A DNA stretch of 63,881 nucleotides, filler included, from Sandaracinaceae bacterium (GTDB lineage Bacteria > Myxococcota_A > Polyangia > Polyangiales > JADJQN01): NCBI GenBank assembly GCA_947483975.1. It is 4 parts of 4 records of this genome, joined end to end, with 100 filler letters (N's around TTAATTAATTAA, not from the genome) between each part and the next. Parts side by side here need not be neighbours in the genome. Positions count along the whole stretch, not along the records: positions 1 to 17,125 come from CANKOL010000074.1; 3 more parts are not named here. One strand, given 5' to 3'. This document shows positions 1 through 9,879 of the stretch, piece after piece. The position numbers and the translations under genes are program-made. Within the stretch, counting starts at the first letter, position 1. Every line of letters starts with the position of its first letter. Under the pieces are notes generated by a model. The model saw only the letters and a list, made by a program, of their open reading frames with translations, was not told where the DNA came from and searched no databases.

Positions 1-1
1 A

Positions 2-979
2 CCGGGCGACGCGACCGCCTCGGACCGGGCGCAGCAGTCCGCGGCGGCGGACATCGCGGCGGCCTTCGCTGGCAGCCCGGAGAGCTTCCTCGCCCGTATC
101 GCGCTCCAGCTGAGGCGCTCGAACGCCGCGGTCAGGGAGACCGGCATCCAGACGGAGACGAGCGTCGCGGATACGGCCGACAAACTGCGATTGGCAGCGG
201 AGAAGAGCGCAGCGCGGGCGGCCAGGCAGGCGACCGGCTTTCTCGGGCTCGGTCACACGCTCGACATCGTCGCGAAGGTGGCGGCGGTCGTCACGGCGGT
301 GACGGCGACCGTGCTCACGGCGGGCGCCGCTGCGCCCGTCGCAGCGGGACTCTTGCTGATGACCTTCGGCGACGACCTCGCGACCGTGGCCGTGAAGGCT
401 GGGCTGTGCCCGGAGTCCTGCAAGGCCGAGCTTGCGGTCGGGCTCAAGCTGACGGGCGCGGTCTTGGTCGCGACGGCGTCGCTCGGCTCCGGCTTGGCGG
501 CGGGCGGCTCGGTCGTGCTCGAGGCCACCTCTGAGAAGATCGTCGCGTGCGCCGCCGACGCCTTTGGCATGGGCGAGGAAGCACGCACCGCGCTCAGCGT
601 GACCCTGTCCATCGGCGTCGGCGTGCTCGCAGCGGTCGCCGGCGGCGCGGCCGCCGCTGGCAAGGGGGTCACTGACAGCGCGCTCCGGGCGAGCCTCGAC
701 GCGGCGCGCGGGCTGGGCCGCACGTTCGCCGCGAGCGCACAGCTAGGGTCAGCGGCGGCCGGGGTCGGCGTCGCCGTGGCGAACCACGACGCGGCGTACC
801 ACCGGGCCGACGCGCAGGACGCGACGTCGACGCGCGACGCCGCCTTCGACCTGGCCGAGGGCCACCTCGAGGGCCTTCAATCTGCGCTCCGGGCCTACGG
901 GCGCGCGATGAAGCTCGCCAGGCAGGCCCAGGAAGCACGGGGCCAGGCCCTGAGCGCCGCCACCCAGCAGCGCGCCTGA
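2..979 (+). CDS. T3SS major translocator-like protein (SctE; YopB/SipB class), 5'-truncated
   Basis: Frame is open from position 2 (PGDATASDRAQQ...FLARIALQLRRSN...). It has a coiled-coil-like N-part, hydrophobic segments (VAAVVTAVTATVLTAGAAAPVAAGLLLM; LSVTLSIGVGVLAAVAGGAAA) and a helical C-terminus. It is followed by an SctB-like gene. Confidence 0.6.
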   Translation, partial: PGDATASDRAQQSAAADIAAAFAGSPESFLARIALQLRRSNAAVRETGIQTETSVADTADKLRLAAEKSAARAARQATGFLGLGHTLDIVAKVAAVVTAVTATVLTAGAAAPVAAGLLLMTFGDDLATVAVKAGLCPESCKAELAVGLKLTGAVLVATASLGSGLAAGGSVVLEATSEKIVACAADAFGMGEEARTALSVTLSIGVGVLAAVAGGAAAAGKGVTDSALRASLDAARGLGRTFAASAQLGSAAAGVGVAVANHDAAYHRADAQDATSTRDAAFDLAEGHLEGLQSALRAYGRAMKLARQAQEARGQALSAATQQRA

Positions 980-1036
980 CGCAACCACGCACCTCGTTGG
1001 ACGAAACTCCCCACCACGCAGCCCGGAGAACCGCTC

Positions 1037-1732
1037 ATGACCACACGAATCGATAGCTCCTCACGCCCCCAGACCTACACAGCAGAGAACATGACGGTGA
1101 CGAGCGGCGGCCCCGCGAGCCAGGTCGCTCGGCTGCAGCTCGTCCTGCTCGACCAGCAGGAAGACGCCGCGACCTCGAGCCGACGCTCGAGCCGCGACAG
1201 CGCGCGACAGGCGCGCAAGTCGCAGGTCAGCGAGCTACGGCACGCGGCCGACCTCCAGCTCGCGGCTGCGCTGACCCGCGCCGCGACGACGGCGGTAAGC
1301 GCCGGGGTCGACCTCGCCGCAACCATGCGCGCCGACGACGCCTCGGACTTGCGGACCGAGGCGGGCGCTCACTCGGCGAACGCCACGGCGCTGTCGGGCA
1401 GCAACACGACGGCGAGCGCCGACCAGCAGCGGACGGCGAACTTCCAGAACGGCGCCGCGAGCGGGATCGAGTCCGACGTGCGGACGCTTCAGCTCGGCGA
1501 CAAGGGCATCGATGCCGCGGGCCAAGCCGTCGGCGCGGTCCTGGACCACGGCGCGGCGCTCGCCAACGCGCGAGCCACCGAGTACGCCGGCCTCGCGGAC
1601 GGCTACCAGCAGGACGCGGAAGCCGCTGGCGAGACCGCCTCGCAGGCGGCCCGCCGCAGCGAGCGCCTGCTCGAGGCTCTCGCGCAGATCGCCAACGCAC
1701 GCGCCGAGGCGACGCGCAACAGCGTCGCCTGA
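1037..1732 (+). CDS. T3SS minor translocator-like protein (SctB; YopD/SseD class)
   Basis: GGAGA SD upstream. S/T-rich N-terminus, QVSELRHAAD followed by one weakly hydrophobic Ala-rich helix, and a C-terminal amphipathic helix LLEALAQIANARAEATRNSVA. Lies directly after the SctE-like gene. Confidence 0.5.
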   Translation: MTTRIDSSSRPQTYTAENMTVTSGGPASQVARLQLVLLDQQEDAATSSRRSSRDSARQARKSQVSELRHAADLQLAAALTRAATTAVSAGVDLAATMRADDASDLRTEAGAHSANATALSGSNTTASADQQRTANFQNGAASGIESDVRTLQLGDKGIDAAGQAVGAVLDHGAALANARATEYAGLADGYQQDAEAAGETASQAARRSERLLEALAQIANARAEATRNSVA

Positions 1733-1743
1733 CGGCTCGCAGC

Positions 1744-2271
1744 TCAGGCGGGCGTGGCGGCGGCGGTCGAGGTCAGGCCGAAGATGGCGAGGATTTCCTT
1801 CTCGACCTTGTCTTCTTTGATCTTCCGAGCGAGCGCGAGCTCGGTCACGAGCAGGCTCCGGGCGGTATCGAGTAGACGCCGCTCTCCGAAGCTGAGGTCT
1901 TTGTCGCCCTTGAGGCGATAGAGGTCGCGGAGCACCTTCGCGACCTCGAACGGGCTGCCGCTCTTGAGCATGTCCATGTACTCGCGGTAGCGGCGATTCC
2001 ACGGCTGCGCGTCGACGGCGACCTCGTCGCTCTTGAGGATCTGCAGGACCTTCTCGGCGTCCTTCTTGGAGATCACGGTGCGAAGACCTGCGCGTGCGGC
2101 GCCATCGGTCGGGATCATCAGCCGCATCCCGCTGTCGACCAGCTTGAGGATGTAGAACGCCTTCGGCTTGCCGGCGATGTCGCGGTTCTCGATGCCTGTG
2201 ACCTCCGCCACTCCGTGCGCGGGGTAGACCGCCTTGTCGCCGATCTTGAAGGTGATCTCCATGCCTCGCAT
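1744..2271 (-). CDS. cdnL: CarD/CdnL family RNA polymerase-binding factor (CdnL type, no HMGA tail)
   Basis: FKIGDKAVYPAHGVAEV...WNRRYREYMDMLKSGSPFEVAKVLRDL...LSFGERRLLD signature. The start may instead be ATG 2262. Confidence 0.93.
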   Translation of the reverse strand: MRGMEITFKIGDKAVYPAHGVAEVTGIENRDIAGKPKAFYILKLVDSGMRLMIPTDGAARAGLRTVISKKDAEKVLQILKSDEVAVDAQPWNRRYREYMDMLKSGSPFEVAKVLRDLYRLKGDKDLSFGERRLLDTARSLLVTELALARKIKEDKVEKEILAIFGLTSTAAATPA

Positions 2272-2444
2272 CTCCTCTTCACGCGTGTCCGACCCCCGGC
2301 ACGTCCCGAAGAACGCACCGCAGCCGGCTCAGGAATCTGAGCTGAAGTTCAAGCGACTGGTCCGACGGCCGAGGGGCCTCTCAGGCGGGAATGACGCTCC
2401 GTAGAAACACAGGCGCGTTGCTCGATGCCCAGAAACACGAGCCC

Positions 2445-2473
2445 AAGCTAGCAGGAATCGACCGCCGCGTCAA
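2445..2473 (-). promoter_or_regulatory. Sigma70-type promoter for cdnL
   Basis: Minus strand reads TTGACG, 17 nt, TAGCTT, with a TG extended -10. Confidence 0.6.
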
Positions 2474-2491
2474 CGGCATTCTCGGCCGTTT

Positions 2492-3582
2492 TTACTTGTG
2501 ATTTTCGCTAGTTGCGTCGCCATCGGTGCGACTTTCCGGCGAAGCCTCAGGTGGGTTGGGTCGGAGCTCGAGCAGGTCGCGGATCTCGCCAGCAAAGAGC
2601 ACCTGGAGCCCGTGGACCAGCGGCGCAACGTCCAGCGTCGTCTCGAGGAGCATTCGGTCGGCGTCGCGGCGGGTCGTCACGCGCTCAGCGGCCAGCCGGA
2701 GCCCGACCATCGCACCGAGGTCGCTCGCGCCGAGGTTCAGCACGAGCGTCCGGAAGTTCTCCTCGGCTCCGGCAGGGAAGCGCCCGCGCAGCTGGAGCTC
2801 GACGTCGAGCGCGTCGCCGCCGCGCGGGACGATCGCCACGGCGAGGGCGCGCGTGCCGGCGAGCAAGCTCGTCGTGCCGAAGCCGTCAGGCAAGGTCAGC
2901 CCGTCCGGGGCGTAGACGACGAGGGGTGCTCCGCCATAGGCGGCGACGAGGGCGGCGGCGTCTCGGCCCCTGAAGGACGAGCTGCACCGACGAGTCGGCG
3001 AGGTCACGCACGCGAGCAGCGCCGCGAGCGGTGCGACGGCTGGACCGCCGGTGATGACGACGAGGTCGGGGGCGAGCGCGGCAAGCTCACGGCGCTCGTC
3101 TGTCAGGAAGCCGGCTCGGCGCACGATCGGCTCGTCCGCGAGCGACTCGACGATGGACATTCGCGCGCCGGCCTCCTCGACGACGAGCCGCGCGTCGAGC
3201 GGACCACGGATGAGGAGGAGCGACGCCCCGTCGTCGTACTCCGCATAGACCGCCTCGCTCAGCGTGCGGGGGTCGACGCCGGTGTGCTCGGCGAAGCGAG
3301 CCAGGCTACCCGGCAGGACCAACGCGTCGACCACGTGGAGAGCAGCCTGTGAGGCGAACAACTCAGCGGGATGCGCGACGATGACGAACCGCGCGCCTTC
3401 CGGCACGAGGGACACCAGCGGACCGAGCGGCGGCGGACCCGGCGCGACCATCGGCGAAGGACGGACGGTGGCTCCACCGCAGCCGACTGCGCTCGCGGCG
3501 CCGACCATCAGCAAGGCGATGGCGGCGCTGCGGAGCACGGCGGCGGCGAGCGCCCGGGCTGGATTGGGTGGGTGAGCCGGAC

Positions 3583-3586
<4 letters not shown>
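2492..3586 (-). CDS. Hypothetical lipoprotein
   Basis: GTG start overlaps the recA stop (GTGA). Signal and lipobox [15 protein letters not shown]. Confidence 0.7.
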
Positions 3587-4674
<1,088 letters not shown>

Positions 4675-4730
4675 GAGGTCTCCAGACGAACATCAGCGCG
4701 GCGGACTGACGGGCCGCGCGGGAAAGAGGG

Positions 4731-5423
4731 TCAGTGAGCGGCTCCGGGCGCAGCGACGGCCTGCGCACGGAGTGGAAAAGTGGCGATGGCGGCGTAGTGC
4801 GGAGCGCTGCGCCCTTGGCCGTGCAGGGCGTCGCGGCTCGCGCGCGGCAGGCTCTCGAAGAGGGTCACGCGCTCGAGGCGGTCCGCGCAGAGCACGCCGG
4901 GCTCGAGGGCGAGGAGCGTGGCGCGCGCGTCCGCCGGCGCGCGGTCGACGCGGGTGAGCGTGATGTGCGGGCGAAACGCGTGGTCGGGCCCGTCGGGGAG
5001 GGGGACGCCGGCACCACGGCACGCGCGCTCGGTGCGCTCAGCGAGCGCCGTGAGCAGCGGGGCACCGTCGGCGACGCGCAGCCAAGCGTGGCGCGGCGCG
5101 ATCTCGACGTCGCTCGAAGCGACCTCGGGCAGCACCTCGATCGGACCGTACGAAGCGTGAAGCTCGGTCCAAGCCTCGAGTGGCAGCGCAAACGCGTCGG
5201 AGAGCGCCGCCTCGAGCGCCGGGATGCGCGCGCGGGGCACTTCCCCCAGGAAGCTCAGCGTGATGTGCAGGTCGTCGTCCGCCGTGACGCGCGCCTTCCA
5301 GCCGGGACCGGCGACGAGCGCGGCGACCCGCACGACGAGCGCAGAGACGCATGCATGCGCGGAGTCCCCGAGCGGGACCGCGACGAAGAGCCGTGCGAAG
5401 TCTAGGGACTCGACCGACGTCAC
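4731..5423 (-). CDS. thpR: RNA 2',3'-cyclic phosphodiesterase (2H family, 2'-5' RNA ligase-like)
   Basis: RLFVAV plus two HxT motifs ([18 protein letters not shown]). GTG overlaps the cinA stop. Sits in the cinA-thpR-recA order. Confidence 0.85.
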   Translation of the reverse strand: MTSVESLDFARLFVAVPLGDSAHACVSALVVRVAALVAGPGWKARVTADDDLHITLSFLGEVPRARIPALEAALSDAFALPLEAWTELHASYGPIEVLPEVASSDVEIAPRHAWLRVADGAPLLTALAERTERACRGAGVPLPDGPDHAFRPHITLTRVDRAPADARATLLALEPGVLCADRLERVTLFESLPRASRDALHGQGRSAPHYAAIATFPLRAQAVAAPGAAH

Positions 5424-6700
5424 GCGCCGTCCTGCCCGCGCGCGGCGCGCATCACGAGGCGGAGCGCGATGTACGAGGCGAGCGTCCGCACGCGGTCGCG
5501 GTCCCCCGGGAGGCGGCGCTCGTACGTCGTCGTCGGCTGGTCTTTGCGCGCGAGGGCGAAGCAGACGGTGCCGACGGGCTTGTCGGGCGTCGCGCCCCCC
5601 GGTCCCGCGATGCCCGTGACCGACACGCAAAGGTCCGCATTCGCGAGGAGCAGCGCGCCGTCGGCCATCTGCGTCGCGACCTCGACGCTCACTGCGCCGT
5701 ACGCCCGCAGGGTCTCGAGCTCGACCCCGAGGACGGATACTTTGGCCGCGTTCGAGTAGGTGACCGCGTCGAGCAAGAGGTAGTCGCTCGAGCCGGGCAC
5801 CGACGTGACCATCGCCCCGACCATGCCGCCCGTGCACGACTCTGCGAGCGCGAGCGTGAGCCCCGCATCCCGCAAGGCGCGCCCGACGGCCATCGGGAAG
5901 GTGTCGTCGCGGTCGCCGTAGACGACGTCGCCGAGGCGCTCCTGCACGAGCCCGGCGACGCGGCGCGCGGTCGTCTCGGCCTCACCCGCGGAGGCTCCGC
6001 GGGCGTGCACCTTCACCTCGATCTCCGGGAAGTGCGCGCGGTAGCCGAGCGTCACCTGCGGCTCCGCCTCCTCGAGGCCGGCGAGCTTCTCGCCGACCTG
6101 CGACTCCGTGAGGCCGAACGTGCGGATATGCACCTGATGCGTGTCGCGCGCCGCGAGGTCGGCGATCTGCGGGACGACGCGCTCCTCGAACATGCGCCGC
6201 ATCTCGCCGGGCACGCCCGGCATGAAGAAGAAGCGCGCGACGGCCGCGCCCTCCGCGGCGCTACCCCCCGGAGCGGCCAGCGAGAGCGCGAAGCCCGGCG
6301 CCGTGCCGTCGGAATTGGGCAGGATCTCCGCGCCAGCGGGGAAATCCGCTTGTTTCTCGTTCGAAGGGGGCATCTCGCGCTGAAACTGGGCGAAACGGCG
6401 GCGGATCGCCTCGAGGCTCGCCTCGTCGCGCACGAGCTCGACGCCCGCCGCGACGGCGGCTGCCGCGGTCGTCAGGTCGTCGGTCGTCGGGCCGAGGCCC
6501 CCGGTGCAGACGATCACCTTGGCGACACCGGCGAGGCGGTGCAGCGCGTCGACCACGCGCCCGCGGTGATCGTCGACCGTCGCGTGCTCGAGGACGGCGA
6601 AGCCGAGGGCGGTCAGGCGCTCCGCGAGCCAGGCTGCGTTGGAGTTGACGAGCTCACCGCGCGTGAGTTCAGTCCCGATCGAGAGCACGGCGGCGGTCAT
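5420..6700 (-). CDS. cinA: Competence/damage-inducible protein A (MocF-like + NMN deamidase)
   Basis: LSIGTELTRGELVNSNAAWL, TGGLGPTTDDLT, AESCTGG, SVTGIAGPGG. Confidence 0.95.
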   Translation of the reverse strand: MTAAVLSIGTELTRGELVNSNAAWLAERLTALGFAVLEHATVDDHRGRVVDALHRLAGVAKVIVCTGGLGPTTDDLTTAAAAVAAGVELVRDEASLEAIRRRFAQFQREMPPSNEKQADFPAGAEILPNSDGTAPGFALSLAAPGGSAAEGAAVARFFFMPGVPGEMRRMFEERVVPQIADLAARDTHQVHIRTFGLTESQVGEKLAGLEEAEPQVTLGYRAHFPEIEVKVHARGASAGEAETTARRVAGLVQERLGDVVYGDRDDTFPMAVGRALRDAGLTLALAESCTGGMVGAMVTSVPGSSDYLLLDAVTYSNAAKVSVLGVELETLRAYGAVSVEVATQMADGALLLANADLCVSVTGIAGPGGATPDKPVGTVCFALARKDQPTTTYERRLPGDRDRVRTLASYIALRLVMRAARGQDGA

Positions 6701-6759
6701 GGAGGTACGGAGCGTATGTGCAGTAGTTGCCCCGGTCAAGCGTGTGCTATCGCCTCGCC

Positions 6760-8232
6760 ATGCAGAAGAGGCTGATCATGAAGGTCCTGACTGGTGCCCT
6801 GTTTCTCGGCGGACCGCTCGCCCTCCACGCGACGTCGGCAGTTGCGCAGGAGCACCCCGCAGCGCTCGTCGCGGACATGGTGCCCGGCGCGCTGCCCGCG
6901 ACCGCGAGCACGCCGCTCTCGCGGCTGCCGATCACGCGCGCGACGCTCGCCAACGGGCTGCGCGTCGTGCTCAGCCCCGATCGCACGGTGCCGACGGTCG
7001 CCCTCGCCGTCTACTACGACGTCGGCTCACGCAACGAGGAGCCCGGGCACTCGGGCTTCGCGCATCTGTTCGAGCATATGATGTTCCAGGGGTCGGAGAA
7101 CGTCGCCAAGGGCGAGCACTTCGGGCTCGTGATGAACCGCGGCGGCTCGATGAACGGGACGACGAGCGAGGACCGCACGAACTACTTCGAGACGCTGCCG
7201 TCGAACGAGCTCGAGCTCGGGCTCTTCCTCGAGGCGGACCGGATGCGCTCGCTCGCGGTCAACGAGACGAACTTCGAGAACCAGCGCCAGACCGTGATGG
7301 AAGAGCGCCGCCAGAGCTACGAGAACCGCGCCTACGCGCAGTCGATGCTGCGCATCAACGCGCTCACCTACAGCGGCTGGTTCCCCTACGAGCACTCGAC
7401 CATCGGGGAGATGTCGGACCTGCAGAACGCGCCGCTCGCCGCCGTGCAGGAGTTCTGGCAGCGCTGGTACGCCCCGAACAACGCGGTGCTCGCGATCTCG
7501 GGCGACTTCGACGTCGACGCGACGCTCGCGCGCGTGCGCAACTACTTCGAGCCGATCGCGCGGCGCGACACGCCGGCGTTCGCGCCGTCAGCGCTGCCCG
7601 CGCAGACGGCCGAGCGCCGCGAGACGATGACCGACGCGCTCGCCGAGCTGCCCGCGTTTCACATCGCCTATCACATCCCGCCGTCGCGCGAGCCTGACCA
7701 CTACGCGATCGAGGTTCTCTCGATGGTGCTCGGGGATGGCGAGTCGTCGCGGCTCTATCAGAAGCTCGTCAAGGAGCGCGAGATCCTCCAGGAGATCTCG
7801 GTCAGCACCGACGATCGCCGCGGGCCGGACGTCTTCTCGTTCTGGGGGGTCGTCGCGCAGAACCACACCGCCGACGAGGCGCGCACGGTGATCTACGACG
7901 AGCTGACGCGCATCGCGCAGGAGGGCATCACCTCGCGCGAGCTCGAGAAGGCGAAGAACCGCCTCCGCGCGTACTTCGTGTTCGGGCTGCAGTCGAACCT
8001 CGCGCGCGCTCAGCAGCTCGCCGAATTCGAGATGTACGCGGGCAACGCCGAGCTGCTGCGCGCGGAGCTCGATCGCTACCTCGCGATCACCGCCGACGAC
8101 GTGAAGCGCGTCGCGGGCGCGTACTTCGCGCCGACGAACCGCACCGTCCTCGACGTCGTCCTGCCGCCCGCGGCGGAGGCTCCGGCGACCGCCGCGCCTG
8201 CTGCCGCGGCGCCCCAGGGAGGTGCGCGATGA
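6760..8232 (+). CDS. M16 family zinc peptidase, catalytic subunit, exported
   Basis: HxxEH motif (AHLFEHMMFQGS), NGTTSEDRTNYFE, N-terminal signal peptide. Confidence 0.92.
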   Translation: MQKRLIMKVLTGALFLGGPLALHATSAVAQEHPAALVADMVPGALPATASTPLSRLPITRATLANGLRVVLSPDRTVPTVALAVYYDVGSRNEEPGHSGFAHLFEHMMFQGSENVAKGEHFGLVMNRGGSMNGTTSEDRTNYFETLPSNELELGLFLEADRMRSLAVNETNFENQRQTVMEERRQSYENRAYAQSMLRINALTYSGWFPYEHSTIGEMSDLQNAPLAAVQEFWQRWYAPNNAVLAISGDFDVDATLARVRNYFEPIARRDTPAFAPSALPAQTAERRETMTDALAELPAFHIAYHIPPSREPDHYAIEVLSMVLGDGESSRLYQKLVKEREILQEISVSTDDRRGPDVFSFWGVVAQNHTADEARTVIYDELTRIAQEGITSRELEKAKNRLRAYFVFGLQSNLARAQQLAEFEMYAGNAELLRAELDRYLAITADDVKRVAGAYFAPTNRTVLDVVLPPAAEAPATAAPAAAAPQGGAR

Positions 8233-9848
8233 GCCGCGCCACGATGCTGCGCACGCTGAGCCTCTGTGTGCTGCTGATGGGCGCAGGCGCCACTGCGGCC
8301 TGCGGCGGAAGCACCACGCAGCAAGGAAACGGAACCACGGTGACGACGGTGAACATGGACGACGAACTCATCACCGTCAGCCGCCCGGAGCATGTGCGCG
8401 TAGCGCCGCCAGCGTCGGGCCCCGCGAGCGATCTGCGCTTCCCCGCGATCGCGCGCGTGACGACGCGGTCCGGGCTCGAGCTCGACACGGTCGCGTCGAA
8501 CGCGCTGCCGGTCGTCTACTTCCGCCTGGTGATCAAGAGCGGTGAGGCGGCCGATCCGGCGAATATGCCGGGCGTCGCGCACCTGGTCGCGGAGATGCTC
8601 AAGGAGGGCACGCGGACGCGCAGCTCCGCGCAGCTGGCGGAGGACGTCGAGTTCCTCGGCGCGAGCCTCGACGTCGGCAGCGACGAAGAGTCCATCTACA
8701 TCAGCGGGCGCTGCCTCAAGGATCAGCTCGACGCGATGCTCGCGATCGTCGCCGACGTCGCGCAGAACCCCGCGTTCACGGACGACGAGCTCACGAAGCT
8801 CAAGCGCCGCGAGGTCGACCGGCTGCAGCTGCAGCTGGCGGAGCCGTCGTTCCTCGCCGCGCGCGAGGTCTACGCGACGCTCTACGGCGCGCACCCGTAC
8901 GCGCGCATCGACACGACCGAGGCGGTGGTCAACCGCGTCACGCGCGCGGACCTGCAGCGCTGGCATCGCGCGCACTTCGTGCCGAACAACGCGTTCCTCG
9001 TCACCGTCGGCGACACCACGGCGGACGCCGTCGCGCAGTCGGCGGAGCGCGTCTTCGCCCGCTGGCGTCACGCCAACGTCGTGCGCGCGGCCTACCCGGC
9101 GACGCCGACGCGCACGGAGCGCAAGATCATCGTCGTCGACCGCCGCGACAGCGTGCAGTCGGTGATCAGCGTCGCGAACCTCGCGCTCGCGCGGCGCGAC
9201 GCGCAGTACATCCCGCTCCTCGTCGCGAACCAGGTGCTCGGCGGCTCGCCCGCCGCGCGCCTCTTCATGGACCTGCGGGAGCGCCGCTCGCTCACCTACG
9301 GCGCGGGCAGCCGCGTCGGCGAGAGCGTCGACGTCGCGCCGTTCCGCGCGTACGCGTCGGTGCGCAACGCGGTCACCGCCGAGGCCATGAGCGCGTTCAT
9401 GGAGCACCTGAACCGCATCGTCAGCGAGGCGCCGCCCGCCGAGGAGCTCGACAACGCGCGGCGCTTTCTGTCGGACAGCTTCCCGCTGCGCATCGAGACG
9501 CCCGGCAAGGTCGCCGACCTCGTCGCGCAGCTGCGCATCTACGGCCTCCCGGACGACTACTGGGACACCTTCCGCACGCAGATCGGCGCGGTCACGCCCG
9601 AGCAAGCGCTCGCGGCGGCGCGCCAATACATGCACCCGGAGAGCGCGGTCATCGTCGTCGTCGGCAAGGCTGCCGAGGTCGCTGAGCCGCTGCGGCTCTA
9701 CGGCGACGTGACCATCGTGTCGCCCGAGGGCGTCGTCGGCGAGACGCTGCCGCGCTTGCCTGCGGGCGCGACCGCGGCGCCCGCTGCCGCTGCGCCGCCG
9801 GCCGCTGCTGCACCGGCTGCTGCGGCGCCGGCCGCCCCCACGCATTGA
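8229..9848 (+). CDS. M16 family non-catalytic subunit, lipoprotein
   Basis: ATGA overlap. Lipobox ATAAC. Lacks HxxEH (AHLVAEML) but has the R/Y motif LRERRSLTYG. Ala/Pro tail. Confidence 0.88.
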   Translation: MSRATMLRTLSLCVLLMGAGATAACGGSTTQQGNGTTVTTVNMDDELITVSRPEHVRVAPPASGPASDLRFPAIARVTTRSGLELDTVASNALPVVYFRLVIKSGEAADPANMPGVAHLVAEMLKEGTRTRSSAQLAEDVEFLGASLDVGSDEESIYISGRCLKDQLDAMLAIVADVAQNPAFTDDELTKLKRREVDRLQLQLAEPSFLAAREVYATLYGAHPYARIDTTEAVVNRVTRADLQRWHRAHFVPNNAFLVTVGDTTADAVAQSAERVFARWRHANVVRAAYPATPTRTERKIIVVDRRDSVQSVISVANLALARRDAQYIPLLVANQVLGGSPAARLFMDLRERRSLTYGAGSRVGESVDVAPFRAYASVRNAVTAEAMSAFMEHLNRIVSEAPPAEELDNARRFLSDSFPLRIETPGKVADLVAQLRIYGLPDDYWDTFRTQIGAVTPEQALAAARQYMHPESAVIVVVGKAAEVAEPLRLYGDVTIVSPEGVVGETLPRLPAGATAAPAAAAPPAAAAPAAAAPAAPTH

Positions 9849-9879
9849 TCTTTTGAGAAAAGCCGCGCAGCGTCGCCGG

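Noticed and set aside
1744..2271. CarD as regulator of the carotenoid cluster
   Set aside because: It lacks the acidic/AT-hook HMGA domain, so it is CdnL-type. It is also on a different contig.
2272..2444. 6S RNA (contains CTTGAAC)
   Set aside because: No clear long closing stem or central bubble, and no terminator before cdnL. Kept only as a possible leader.
4675..4730. LexA box upstream of recA
   Set aside because: CCAGACGAACATCAG is only a poor match to the myxobacterial CTGAAC...GTTCAG-type box.
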